Assembly: GCA_038087875.1 (NCBI GenBank)
Contig: JAXLNO010002694.1
Span: forward strand, 434,001 to 498,000
DNA length: 64,000 bases
Direction: 5' to 3'
Source: Malacoraja senta
Lineage: Eukaryota
The notes below the pieces were generated by a model, which saw only the letters and a list, made by a program, of their open reading frames with translations, searched no databases and was not told where the DNA came from. The position numbers and the translations under genes are program-made. This document shows, piece by piece, positions 22,068 to 35,301 of this stretch (its first letter is position 1; the number at the start of each line of letters is the position of its first letter).

Positions 22068-23599
22068 GGTCCAGGGAGCCGCTGAGAGATGGAGAAGCTT
22101 CGGCCTGAAGAAGGAAATGCAGAGGAGAGGGGTCAGGATCTGCAGAGAGAGAAAGGTCAATTGAGACAGAGATTCACATTCATCTCCTCTAACCTCATAC
22201 AGCCAGAGAGCAGAGAAATATGCCCTTCGGCCCAACTTTCACAGTCACACCAGATGTCCCATTTACGCAGGTCCCACCTGCCCACATTTTGCACATATTG
22301 CTCCAAACCATTCCTATCCATGAACCTGTCGAAATGTATTTTAATTGTCATCTACATCGTTCGGTGTTCCCAATGTGGCTTTCAAAACATCGGCAAGACA
22401 GACGAGGGAAACCGCTTCGCCGAATACTTGTACTCGGTCTGCCAAGACCTGCTGGATCTCCCAGTTGCTAAACTTTTTAATTCCCCTTGCAATTCCTACT
22501 CCACCCTTTCTGTCCCGAGCCTCCTTCTCTGCCTGAGTGAGGCCGCACCCAAACTGCAGCAACAGCGTTCCCTTCCACCTGAATCAGGGGACAGCTTCGT
22601 CCCCTCTGTTATCAGGCTTCTGAACAGCCCTTCCATAAGCCATGGTATAGTCCCGATTCTCCGACCTACCTCATTATGGACAATTGTTTTAGAAAGAACT
22701 GCAGATGCTGGAAAAATCGAAGGTAGACAAAAGCGCTGGAAAAACTCAGTGGGTGCGGCAGCATCTTTTGAGCGAGGACTAGGCGACGTTTCTGGTCGAG
22801 ACCCTTCTTCAGACTACTTCGCCTTCCATCGCTCCATAGATGCTGCCTCACGCGCTGAGTTTCTCCAGCATTTTTGTATACTTTTCATTATGGTCAGTGC
22901 ACCTTACCTGCAACTCCAGCGCTATGACGCCGTGAACTCTGTACCTTTCTCGTTGCTCTACCTGTCGGCGCGAGTTTGGATTGTTTGTACATGTGTCCTT
23001 GTTGGCTGCCCTGCTTTGAATGCATGGAGAGGGGATGGGCAGGAGGAAGGATGAGAGGGGGCAGGGACTGGGACGATGCTGTGAATGTGTCGAGACTTAC
23101 CTACCGGTTGCTCCCCTCTCCTTGAGGACAGTCTGGAGACAGGCTCCCGCTCGAAGCTGGTACCGGAGGGGGAGGGGGAGTGGAGATGATCCCCATCCCC
23201 CACCCACCCCTCCCCCACCCCACCAGGACAGCCATGCGCCCCACACCGCGCCCACCCCCAAACCTTCACCTCCTCCCACACCTCCCCGCCATCCACCCCT
23301 TCCATATACCTGGCCCTCCCTCCCCACACCCCCCACTCCCGTCAAATCATCATAACTCCTCCTGTGATGAATAGGAACGGTTCCCAAGCTTATGGAAGGA
23401 CTGTTCAGAAGTTGATAAGAGAGGAGAGCTGTTCCTGAGTCTGGTGGTGCGTGCTTTCAAGCTTCCTTATTTCTACCGGACGGGTTCAAAGAGAAGAAGG
23501 AATGGCTCGGTGGTTTGACAAGTTTTTGATTATGTTGGCTGCTTTTCTGATGCAGCGTTAAATGTAGATCAAACCTCATTGCGAAACTTCCCTTCCCTA

Positions 23600-24075
23600 C
23601 CCGACACGCCTACCCTGATCCGGCTATCCATCGTCATCCATAGCGCTGCCATCGTCTCCGCAGCCCACCGCCCCCCACCTCTTCACCTCTTCCACCACCC
23701 AGAACCCACCCCGTCCTCCCCACCTACGTCCACTCAATGTCCGCCTCCAGCTTCTGCCTCACGAACACGGCGCAGACCTGGTGGCAGGCCAGGTAGAGCT
23801 GTGCTAGCAGCGCGGCGACGGGGAGAGCAGCCCAGGTCAGGGGCCAGCCGGATCCGTAGACCGCGGTCCCGATAGCCACGAGGAGGTAGGGATCGGCGGG
23901 CGACAGCAGGGCCCGGCGGAAGGCCGGCCAAAGCAGGTCAAGCAGACCCTCCGATAGATCCTGCGGGCCTCCAGCGAGTCGCCCACCCGGAACGGGCGCA
24001 CGGTGATGGTCCAGGAAGCCGCTGGGAGGTGGGGGCGCTTCGCCCTGAGGAAGGAGGCGCAGAGAGGGGTCTCCG
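23600..24075 (-). pseudogene. NAT8-like pseudogene psi1' (mirror of psi1)
   Basis: Same start-codon deletion as psi1. EGLLDLLWPAFRRALLSPADPYLL...RQKLEADIEWT* ends at 23724; truncated. Confidence 0.88.
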
Positions 24076-25944
24076 ACGCTGAGAACTCTGCATCTTATTT
24101 GGCTTGTCGGTGTTGCGCGTTGCCTCACCTGTCTGGCTTGTTTGTGTTGCGTGTTGCCTCACTTACTTTGAATGCATGGAGAGGAGAGGGGAGTGGCTGG
24201 AGGGAGGGTGAGATAGAGCAGGGACTGGGATGGTGCTGGGGGGGTGTCGACACTCACCTATGGGTTCCTCCCATCTCCGCACATGAATACAATCATGAAG
24301 AATATGTGCTCCAGTTGCAAAGAAAATGCAGGTAAAAGAAATAATGCAAGGGCAGGGATGAGGCAGATTGAGAGATTGGGAATACATTCTTATGGACCTT
24401 CACCACACTGAATCCACGCCAACCATTGATCCTCCGTTCACACTAGGTCTATGTTATTCAATTTTCTCATCCACCCCTACACACCAGGGCCAATTAACCT
24501 ATAAACTCTTATGTCTTTGGGATATGCGAGGAAACCAGACCCTTCGGAGAAAACCCATTTGGCCACAGTGAAACCGTGCAAACTCCACACTGACTGCTCC
24601 TGAAGTCTGGATCGAACCTGGTTCTATGGCGCTGAGCACCAGCAGCTCTATCAGTTGCGCCACTGTGCCACCAGCATTCTATGTGGTAATTGAAACTTTG
24701 AACGGATATTTAAACATTTCCATGGATCCGATTTAGAGAGATTTGGGTCAAATGCAGGCAAATGGGTCTTGCCCAGATGTCAATATGTAGAAAGGAACTT
24801 CAGATGCTAATTTACACCGAAGATAGCCACAAAACGCTGGAATATCTCAGGGGTACAGGTTGCATTTCTGGAAAGAAACGTTGCGGGTCAAGATCCTTCT
24901 TCAGACATGTCAGCGGATATTCTTGAACCGAAATGTCTCTCATTCTTGCTTTTCAGAGGTGCTGCATGTCCCGCTGAGTTACTCCAGCATTTTGGATATT
25001 TCATCAGCCCGAATGACTACTTGGTCGGCATGGACAAGGTGGGGCGAAGCATTTAAATCCATGCTGTATGGCTCCATGACTCAGACTGGAGCCTAGCCTT
25101 TGGAGATGTTACATGTTCCCTGCCACAATGCTGCTGCACTCCAACTTTGCTTGGAAGACAAAGGAAGGATAAGGACAGCCAAAATAAACTGGAGTAACTC
25201 AGCGGGACAGGCAGCGTGTCTGGAGAGAAGGGATGGGCGACGTTTCAGGTCGAGACCCGTCTCAGACTAGTCAGGGGAAAGGGAAACGAGAGATATAACT
25301 GATGAAGTTGAGAGGCAAAGTACGATGAAAGCAATAAATGCACAAATGTAACAATGATAAAGGAAGCAGGCCATTGTTACCTGTTTGTTGGGAGAAAACA
25401 AGAAGCTGGTGCGACTTGGGTGTGGGAGGGATGGAGAGGGAGGGAATGCCAGGGTTATTTGAAGTTAGACTCCAGACCCGAAACGTCACCCATACATTCT
25501 CTCCATAGATGCTGTCTGTTCCGGTGAGTTCCTCCAGCTTTTTGTGTCTATCTTCCGTTTAAACCAGCATCTGCAGTTCCTTCCTACTCAATATTCATAC
25601 CGCTGGGCTGCGGTCATTGGAATGTATCTGCTTTGGTCTAACCAAGTGCTGTGCCACGCTTCTTGATAAACTTAATAGTGCTAACAGCTGATAATAAATA
25701 CATATTTCCTTCATTCCCTCATTCTCCGAATAGTCAAGCGATAGTCATTCAGCACGGAAATAGGCCCCTTGCCCCAACTTGCCTATGTCGACCAAAATGC
25801 CTGTTCTCACTAGTCCCAGCTGCCTGCATTTGACCCATATACCTGTGCAACTTTCCTAACCATGCACCCGTCTTAATGTATTTTTAATGTGTTAATACTA
25901 TTGGCCTCAATTACCCTCCTTTCATATTACTGACAGATTATTTT

Positions 25945-26770
25945 GTAGCTTCGGTAATTGTAGAGGTAATAAAGAACACACCAACTAAAGGTCCAACAAG
26001 TTTATTAGCATAAATAAAGTTACACTACAAGTAGTCACCACCGTGACGACATCCCGACTAATGACTAGTGGCTAAAAACTTTAGTAACATATGGTGACTG
26101 TGAGGTAAGACCCGGACTGGAATTAGGATCCGGGAGGTGTATAACATGTGTGTGTTAATATTTGAGTGGTAGCTTGCCAAGCTTATTGTCAAAAAGTTCC
26201 TTATACTGAGCGAGAATTTGTTCAGTGGATTCTTGGGTGGGGGGGAGTTGGTGCACCTCTTCTGCAATGCTTATCAATCCCGTGTCCAGGCAGTCATCAA
26301 TACCAAGTAGAGTCGTTACCTTGCCTGAAACAATTTTTTAAAAGTTCAGCTTGTGCAAATGTGTCGCCAGATGGCTCTGAAGGTCAACCCTGCCAATTGG
26401 GCGAACCTCTCCTCCCCCAAATGGAATTAATGAAGCTTTCGTGTTTACGACAGTGTCAGTGTTCTTGACCCTGGAAAACTCAGCCAGAGACATAATATTA
26501 CTACGAGTTCCATTGTCGATCTTTGCCAAAGCTGTGTTGGTGTTGATTTGGAATGTAACTTCTAGATCGCTTAGCTTACATGTAATCTCGGGTAGAGAAT
26601 GTATTTTAGGCTGGAAATGTCAGGTTCCCACAAATTTTCACAAGGAACTGAGCTGGATTGGACAGGCCGTGGGAAATATCTTGCTGGAGCAGATTTACCT
26701 GCTGTCTGGGTTCTGAGCAGAACTACAGTAATGACCGACACAAATCAGTTATGTAATTCCCCTGCCTTGT
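25945..26770 (-). mobile_element. Gypsy protease-region fragment (mirror of 5795-6590)
   Basis: AKIDNGTRSNIMSLAEFSRVKNT... Confidence 0.7.
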
Positions 26771-27835
26771 CAATATATGAATATTGATTTCTCTAACTTC
26801 TATTAACCCCTCTCCATCACTCCACCTCCCAAGTCGTACCAGCTTCAAAGTCGTCTTGTTCAGTCTCATTGTCTGTAATTAGTTTTCACCCAGCACAGCT
26901 AACAATGGCCCGTTCCCCTTTTCATCATTACTTTTCTGCATATCTTTCATTCATTTTTCTATATCTCACTACATCGACATCTATTTATCTAATTCCCCCT
27001 TCTCTTGACCCTCAGTCTGAAGAAGGGACTCGACCCGAAATGCCACTTATTCCTTTTCTCCAGAGATGCTATCTGACCTGCTGAGCTATTGCAGCTTTTC
27101 TGTCTTTCCCCAGTATACATTTGCCTGCCTCTCTGTTTATGAGACTCACATTTGCCTTCAGCCACCTTTCGCCTTTACATAAGTTCATGTTTTTCTCATT
27201 GGTTACGTGAGGCACATATTCTATTACAGTGCATATTCAAGGCACGGTTCATATTACATAGAAACAATGAACTGCAGATATTGGTTTGCATAAAACTGCT
27301 GGAGCAACCCAGCTGTTCAGACAGCATCTCTGGAGAACATAAATAGTTGACGTTTTGAGGTGGGACTCTTCTTCAGACTCCTCGCAAAAGAAGTCATAAA
27401 GGGCTGGAGTAACTCAGCGGGTAAGGCAGTATCTCTGGTGGACATAAATGAGTGACATTTTGGGTTAGGACCATGCTTCAGACTAATTATGGGAGAGGGG
27501 GGCGGGAAAACAGGGAAGGAAGCTAGAAGAGTGGAGGAGCTGGATAAAGCTTGACGTCCTCTGTTTAAATTTAACTACGTCACTTTCAGACACAATATAA
27601 AACCCCATCACATTATGAGCACTCTTCCCCTAAGGCCCACTTTACAGAAAGATTATCAAGTAAACCCTTTTTATTTCAGAAACAAGGTCTAAAATTACAA
27701 TTTCCCTGGTGTTTGTCTTCCAGTTGATCCATATACATTGGCAAGTATGGGGCGACATGGTGCAGCGGTAGAGTTGCTGCCTCACAGTGCCAGAGACCCA
27801 GGTTTGATCCTGACCCTGGGTACTGTCTGTCTGGA

Positions 27836-28380
27836 TGTTTTGTTCTCCTAATTTGAGGAAGGACATCCTTGTGATTGAGGTAGTGCAGCGTAGGTTCACG
27901 AGATTGAGCCCTTGGTTGGCGGGACTGTCATATGAGGAAAGATTGAAAAGACTAGGCTTGTATTCACTGGAGTTTAGAAGGATGAGGGGGGATCTTATAG
28001 AAACATATAAAATTATAAAAGGACTGGACAAGCTAGATGCAGGAAAAATGTTCCCAATGTTGGGTGTATCCAGAACCAGGGGCCACAGTCTTATAATAAA
28101 GAGGAGGCCATTTAAGACTGAGATGAGAAAAACCGTTGTCACCCAGGGAGTAGTAAATTTGTGGAATTCCCTGCCACATAGGGCAGTGGAGGCCAAATCA
28201 CTGGATGGATTTAAGAGAGAGTTAGATAGAGCTCTAGGGGCTAGTGGAATCAAGGGATTTGGGGAGAAGGCAGGCACGGGTTATTGATTGGGGACGATCA
28301 GCCATGATCACAATGAATGGCGGACTGGCTCGAAGGGCCGAATGGCCTCCTCCTGCACCTATTTTCTATGTTTCTATGTT
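27836..28380 (+). mobile_element. 5'-truncated CR1 LINE inserted into a V-SINE (SINE head 27760-27835, tail 28382-28595)
   Basis: SPNLRKDILVIEVVQRRFTRL...LWNSLPHRAVEA..., with a (ttctatgt)n tail. The two SINE halves join logically across it. Confidence 0.88.
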
Positions 28381-28706
28381 TCTGTACATTCTCCCTGTTA
28401 CCATGTGGATTTCCTCAGGGTGCTCCGGTTTCCTCCCATATTAAGACTTACAGGTTTGTAGATTAATAGATTTCAGTAAAGTGTCTCTGGTGTGGATGAT
28501 AAAACTTCTGTATGGGAGATCGCTGGTCGACACGGACTCAGTGGCCCAAAGGGCCTGTTTCCATGATGTATCTCGAAAGTAAACTAAACTAAACTCTCCT
28601 GTTGGTTCATGAGTCAAGAGTGTTTTGTTGTCATATTTCCCAGACAGAACAATTAAATTCTTATTTGCGACAGCAGAACATGTCCCCATGTTGATCCAGA
28701 AAAAAA

Positions 28707-28906
28707 NNNNNNNNNNNNNNNNNNNNNNNNNNNNNNNNNNNNNNNNNNNNNNNNNNNNNNNNNNNNNNNNNNNNNNNNNNNNNNNNNNNNNNNNNNNNNN
28801 NNNNNNNNNNNNNNNNNNNNNNNNNNNNNNNNNNNNNNNNNNNNNNNNNNNNNNNNNNNNNNNNNNNNNNNNNNNNNNNNNNNNNNNNNNNNNNNNNNNN
28901 NNNNNN
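28707..28906. other. Assembly gap (200 N)
   Basis: Run of exactly 200 n, likely a placeholder length. Confidence 0.99.
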
Positions 28907-30110
28907 ATGTGTTGTATCTGGACTTTCAGAAGGCTTTCGACAAGGTACCACATAAGAGATTAGGATACAAACTTAAATCACACGGTATTGGGGGTTCAGT
29001 ATTGATGTGGATAGAGAACTGGCTGGCAAACAGGAAGCAAAGAGTAGGAGTAAACGGGTCCTTTTCACAATGGCAGGCAGTGACTAGTGGGGTACCACAA
29101 GGCTCAGTGCTGGGACCCCAGCTATTTACAATTTATATTAATGATCTGGACGAGGGAATTGAAAGCAACATCTCCAAGTTTGCGGATGACACTAAGCTGG
29201 GGGGCAGTGTTAGCTGTGAGGAGGATGCTAGGAGACTGCAAGGTGACTTGGATAGGCTGGGTGAGTGGGCAAATGTTTGGCAGATGCAGTATAATGTGGA
29301 TAAATGTGAGGTTATCCACTTTGGTAGCAAAAACGGGAAGGCAGACTATTATCTAAATGGTGGCCGATTAGGAAATGGGGAGATGCAGCGAGACCTGGGT
29401 GTCATGGTACACCAGTCATTGAAAGTAGGCATGCAGGTGCAGCAGGCAGTGAAGAAAGCGAATGGTATGTTGGCCTTCATAGCAAGAGGATTTGAGTATA
29501 GGAGCAGTGAGGTTCTACTGCAGTTGTACAGGGTCTTGGTGAGACCACACCTGGAGTATTGCGTACAGTTTTGGTCTCCAAATCTGAGGAAGGACATTAT
29601 AGCCATAGAGGGAGTGCAGAGAAGGTTCACCAGACTGATTCCTGGGATGTCAGGACTTTCATATGAAGAAAGACTGGATAGACTTGGCTTATACTCGCTA
29701 GAATTTAGGAGATTGAGAGGGGATCTTATAGAAACGTACAAGATTCTTATGGGGTTGGACAGGCTAGATGCAGGAAGATTGTTCCCGATGTTGGGGAAGT
29801 CCAGGACAAGGGGTCACAGCTTAAGGATAAGGGGAAAATTCTTTAAGACCGAGATGAGGAAAAACTTTTTCACACAGAGAGTGGTGAATCTCTGGAACTC
29901 TCTGCCACAGAGGGTAGTTGAGGCCAGTTCATTGGCTATATTTAAGAGGGAATTAGATGTGGCCCTTGTGGCTAAAGGGATCAGGGGGTATGGAGAGAAG
30001 GCAGGTACGGGATACTGAGTTGGATGATCAGCCATGATCGTATTGAATGGCGGTGCAGGCTCGAAGGGCCGAATGGCCTACTCCTGCACCTAATTTCTAT
30101 GTATCTATGT
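28907..30110 (+). mobile_element. CR1 LINE RT C-terminal part plus 3'UTR (open for 369 aa)
   Basis: [32 protein letters not shown] and LEYCVQFWSP. Confidence 0.95.
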
Positions 30111-30119
30111 ATCTATGTA

Positions 30120-30885
30120 AATGGTGGCCGACTAGGAAAAGGGAAGATGCAGCGAGACCTGGGTGTCATGGTACACCAGTCATTGAAAGTAGGCATGCAG
30201 GTGCAGCAGGCAGTGAAGAAAGCGAATGGTATGTTAGCTTTCATAGCAAAAGGATTTGAGTATAGGAGCAGGGAGGTTCTACTGCAGTTGTACAGGGTCT
30301 TGGTGAGACCACACCTGGAGTATTGCGTACAGTTTTGGTCTCCAAATCTGAGGAAGGACATTATTGCCATAGAGGGAGTGCAGAGAAGGTTCACCAGACT
30401 GTATCCTGGGATGTCAGGACTGTCTTATCAAGAAAGACTGGATAGACTTGGTTTATACTCTCTAGAATTTAGGAGATTGAGAGGGGATCTTATAGAAACG
30501 TACAAAATTATTAAGTGGTTGGACAGGCTAGATGCAGGAAGATTGCTCCCGATGTTGGGGAAGTCCAGGACAAGGGGTCACAGCTTAAGGATAAGGGGGA
30601 AATCCTTTAAAACCGAGATGAGAAGAATTTTTTTCACACAGAGAGTGGTGAATCTCTGGAACTCTCTGACACAGAGGGTAGTCGAGGCCAGTTCATTGGC
30701 TATATTTAAGAGGGAGTTAGATGTGGCCCTTGTGGCTAAAGGGGATCAGGGGGTATGGAGAGAAGGCAGGTACGGGATACTGAGTTGGATGATCAGCCAT
30801 GATCATATTGAATGGTGGTGCAGGCTCGAAGGGCCGAATGGCCTACTCCTGCACCTAATTTCTATGTTTCTATGTTTCTATGTTT
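30120..30885 (+). mobile_element. Second, shorter CR1 3' copy placed head-to-tail
   Basis: Near-identical to 29355-30110, with scattered substitutions. Confidence 0.92.
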
Positions 30886-31630
30886 CCCAAATGTCTCTCC
30901 TATTTGTGATAAGTGTCTCCTCCAAGAAGTGACTATAACCCATTCTTTTGCTTCCTGCACAAAGTTACAAAACTTCTGGAGGGGAATATTCGATACCTTT
31001 TCCAAAATACTTAAAACTAAATTGGACCCAGGTATAAAACTGATCATATTAGGTATGTCAGAGGCCTGTTCTAAGCTAACGATATTTCAAAGACGTTTCC
31101 TCAATTACGGCCTAATAATGGCGAAAAAATGTATACTTAAATTTTGGAAACAGACAACAGTCCCCACAGTGAAGATGTGGATTAACGATATGTCCGAGAC
31201 ACTACACTTGGAAAACATTAGGCTTGTCTTGGCGGAAAAATCAGATCAATTTCTTAAGACATGGATACCCTTTTCTGAATTTTTACAACAATAGTAAGGT
31301 GAAACACAAATTTAAATTTAAATCTGATGATACGATGGGTGAGGGGGGGGGGGGCAAGGTATATCTCCATCTTTTCTTATTCCTCTTTTTTTCTGCTGCA
31401 CTGCTTTGGTAGTTTAGGGGTCTTTTTCTCATTCTTTTCTATTTTATCCCTTCATTTTTTCCTTTCTTCTTTTCTTGTTCTCCTTTTGTTTCCTTTTTTC
31501 CTTTTTTTAAATTTAGGTTATAAGGTTAAAAATGAAGCTGTACAATAATTGTACAATTGTAGATGCCGAACGTTTTATCCTTGTACAATTGCTTCTAATA
31601 AAATAAAAAAATAAAAAAATAAAAAATAAA
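30886..31630 (+). mobile_element. L1-clade LINE 3' end (ORF2 Cys-rich C-terminus, T-rich 3'UTR, A-rich tail)
   Basis: SPICDKC...THSFASCTKLQNFWRGIF...AKKCILKFWKQTTVPTVKMW...FLKTWIPF*, then AATAAA and an (A)n/TAAAA tail at about 31597-31631. Confidence 0.85.
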
Positions 31631-32039
31631 AATGCGGGGATCGCTGGTCGCTGCAGACTCGGTGGGACGAAGGGCCTGTTTCTGCGCTGTATCTCTAAAA
31701 TAAAATAAACTAAACCATGTTGTTTTTGGTCAGTGTGGATTTGATAGGCTGAATGGCCTGTTTCTAAGCTGTACAAGTCAATGACAAAACTGGAATTCCC
31801 CTGCCCGTGACACTGTCAGTTAAAGGATCACATTGCGTCACGTGGCAAAGTACATCTTCTGGGAATGCAGTAAGTCTAGATTTTCCCTCGTCTTTGGTGG
31901 CATGGTGGCATTGCAGTAGAGCTACTGTTCTACGGGTATGGAATTTGTACATTCTCCCCGTCACCTGCGTGAGTTTTCTCCGATGTGTTTGGTTTCCCCC
32001 ACAATCCAAAGAGACAGACATACGGGTTCATAGGTTGAT

Positions 32040-33060
32040 TTTATTATTTATTTATTATTTATTTATTTATTTGTTCCGAACAAGTAAAGACATAAATAGG
32101 AATAAATAACAACAACAGAATCGAAATAGTCAAACATTGGACATTCCAGGCAATATTTGCAACGCAATGAAAAGCATAATGCAAAATTTAAATGTCCAAC
32201 ACTTTTTCTTTACAAGCTCGAAAAGGAGTGAGAAGAAGAATAACTTGTTTAATCTCACCCCTTCTCCCTAAACCCGTCTTCCATATTTAATAATTAATTA
32301 ATTAAAAATAATAATACCCCAGACAATTTTTAGAGATACATAGAGACATATATATGCATACAACTGATATACACATACAAGTAATATGTATGAAGTAACC
32401 AAAAGACATAAATAAATAATAAATAAAATAACAAATAAACATTAACACCTGTTTGTCAACCATCCCCTTCATCCCTGTACCTTGTGAAAAAAAGTTATTT
32501 GTATGTCATTTTGAACTGGTTCATGTTTAGACATAGCTTTAATTCCACATTCAAACTGTTCCACAATCCTACTCCACAGACCGAAATACAAAAAGTTTTT
32601 CTGGTCGTGCGGACTCTTTGTACCTTAAAATTAAATATTCTTCTTAAATTATAACCCCCCACTCGCACATTAAATAATTTTTGTATATTTCCAGGTAAGT
32701 TTTTATTTTTGGCCCTAAGCATTATCTGTGCTGTTTTAAATGCAACCAAATCTTCTAATTTTTAATAATTTTGACTGTAAGAATAATGGATTAGTGTGAC
32801 CCAGATACCTGACCTTGTGAATAATATGTATTGCTCTTTTTTGCAGAATAGTTAATGAATGTAGCCAACTTTTATAGTTATTGCCCCAGACTTCTGCACA
32901 GTAATTTAAATAGGGTAAGATTAGTGAACAGTAGAGAATGCGAAGTGATTTGTGATCCAGAACCTGCTTAACTTTGTGTAATACTGAAATGCTTTTTGAC
33001 AGTTTGGATTGTACATGTTTAATGTGTGATTTCCAGCTGATTCTATCATCCATTATAACC
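32040..33060 (-). mobile_element. Crack/Daphne-like (L2/CR1 group) LINE 3' fragment
   Basis: DDRISWKSHIKHVQSKLSKSISVL...LYCSLILPYLNYCAEVWGNNY...LQKRAI...HTNPLF...ISVCGVGLWNSL. AT-rich, and distinct from the resident CR1 family. Confidence 0.7.
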
Positions 33061-33819
33061 CCAAGAAATTGATTGCCTTACATAAACGTTTAAAAAATTG
33101 TCCCTAATGTGGGTAGAGTCGTGTTAATGTCGTGGGTCGGTGTGGACTCGATGGGCCGAAGGGCCTGTTTCTGCGCTGTATGTCTAAACTAAACTAAACT
33201 AAAATGCATTGTAAGCAAACAATCTAGTTATAAACACCACAACATGCAAAGGTTTGGTATGCACACATTAACAGTAGTCATACACGAAAACAGGCCCTTT
33301 GGCCCAACCCACCCATGCTGATCTCGATGCTCGGTCTATGCTAGTCCCATTGCCCCATATCCCTCTGGAGCCCCACTAACCTGTGTGAAGGCCCGGAAGG
33401 GGAGGCCAGCTAAGCTGATCCCTGATACAAGAAGGATGAATGACGGACGCAATGGGCGAGGAGCGAGGCCGGTAGGAGAGGAGAGAATGGTGTCTGGCCT
33501 ACAGCGCCCTCGAGATCAGCTGTGGGAGGCTTCTCTGGGGCACAAAGGTGGACGGGCGAGGAGAGGGACATCGGTTCGCACGTCCAAGGGAAGGTGATGG
33601 GTGGAGGCCTGCAGTAGCCTGGGACTTGCCTGGAAGGTGCTCCACTCATCACAACTAGAGCGCGGACTGGACTTTGAAAATGGTGCCTCTGGCACGCAGG
33701 CCCAGTGGACTATTTCTGTACACTTTGCTCATCATGGAAGTACGTAGGTATGGCAATAGTCTACTGGACTGTTTGGAAGAAAATAATTTCACTGTGCATT
33801 TGCACTTTGCATATGTGGC

Positions 33820-35301
33820 CATCATCATCATCATTGGCGGTCACTCGAAACGAGTATGACTGTCCTCTCCTCTCCATAGGGTCGTCTACTTGTGAGTCTG
33901 CAGATGTCTGTAGAGGCCGATCCGCGACCCACACACGGTGCAACATGGGCAGTGGAGACTGGCGGTGGTTGGTAGTCGTCGAGCCCCCTTCTCCTCTCTC
34001 CTTCTCTGCAACATGGAGTAGTTCCATTTCATGATGTGCAGCTCCTTCCTGCATGAATTTCCTCCAGGAGCGCCTGTCAGTGCAATGTGCTCCCAGTTGC
34101 TCGATGTGATGTGGAATTTCTTCAGACTGTTCTTGGTGTTGTCCTTGAAGCGTTTCTTTCACCCGCCGGGGGCTCGCCAACCTTCCTTCAATTGAGAGTA
34201 CAGAATTTGTTTAGGGAGACGTGGGTTGGACATGCGAATGACATGGCCAGTCCATCGAAGTTGGTGCTGCATTATTGTGGTGGTGATGCTGGGCATGTTG
34301 GCTTCCTCCAAACCGTTGATATTGGTGTGTTTGTCCTCCCAGCTGATCCTCAGAATTTTTCGTAAGAATCTTTGATGGTATTGTTCCAGGGCTCTCAGAT
34401 ACCTGCAGTAGGTGGTCCATGACTTGGCTCCATACAACAGGGTGGGAAGGACAATGGCTCTGTAGACCAGCAGTTTGTTTGAGCTTTTAGGTCTCGGTCT
34501 TCAAAGACTCTTTTCTTGAGTCTGGCGTAGGCTCCGCAGGTACTACTCAGGCAATGGTTGACCTCACAGTCAATGTCAGCTTTTGAGGAAAGAATGCTGC
34601 CAAGGTTGGGGAAGTGGTCAACGTTTTCATGAGTGATGACATCCACTTTTATAGTGGGCTGGGTAGACGGCTGGTTGGGTGGAGGTTGATGTAGGATCAG
34701 GACCTGGGTCTTCTTGATATTTACGGCCAGGCCCATGGCTCTGTATGCCTTGGCAAAGGTATTCAGGATGCCCTGGAGGTCATCTGCAGAATGTGCTGCA
34801 ATGGCGCAGTTGTCCGCTTACTGAAGCTCCATGATGGTGGTGTTACTGACTTTGCTCTTGGCCTTCAACCTATTAAGGTTGAAGAGCCCACCATCAGTTC
34901 TGTAGAGGATTGGGATCCTCTGTGGCAGCTTCCAATGATGTGAAGTATGGCAGCAATGAAGACGACAAACAGGGTGGGTGCGATGATGTATGCTTGTTTG
35001 ACCCCCGTTTCCACAGTGAAGGGCTCAGACTCAGAGCCGCAGTTGCGGAGCACTGTAACCGACATGCCATCATGTAGAAGCCTCAATATTCTGATGTCGT
35101 GACAACCGTACCTTGATAGTATGCTCCAAAGAGCTGCCTTTGTTAACGGCAATTTTCCTGGAGTTGGCGTACTGTGAATATCCTGTCTGCTGTACCTCTG
35201 GATGGGCAGAATCCACACTGTGATTCTGGGAGTACCTCCGCAGACAGTGGTAGAAGTAAGTTTGCAACGACACGAGCAAGGACTTTGCCTGTTGTTGATA
35301 G
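33820..35301 (-). mobile_element. Decayed RTE-clade LINE, 3' part (continues at 37681-37850)
   Basis: PESQCGF..RGTADRIFTVRQLQE, GVKQAYIIAPTLF, LRWTGHVIRMSNPRLPKQILY and a (GAT)n tail at about 33820. Confidence 0.88.

Larger units (their letters stand above)
21140..27379 (-). repeat. Right arm of the inverted segmental duplication (partner 5153-12750; lacks the psi2 block)
   Basis: Collinear reverse-complement match to the left arm. Confidence 0.92.

Noticed and set aside
22089-23054. 321-aa ORF (and relatives 9398-10141, 11234-11761, 18328-19004) as a new gene family
   Set aside because: Chimeras of Penelope GIY-YIG, Rex1 and other repeat fragments in the duplicated NAT8 upstream intron; frames differ between paralogous copies.
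5153-27379. Inverted duplication as an assembly artefact
   Set aside because: The arms differ by many substitutions and indels, by a whole extra block (psi2), and by about 19% of NAT8 residues. That is too diverged for a mis-assembled read or allele.
28441-28963. ORFs crossing the N run
   Set aside because: Artefacts of translating through the assembly gap.
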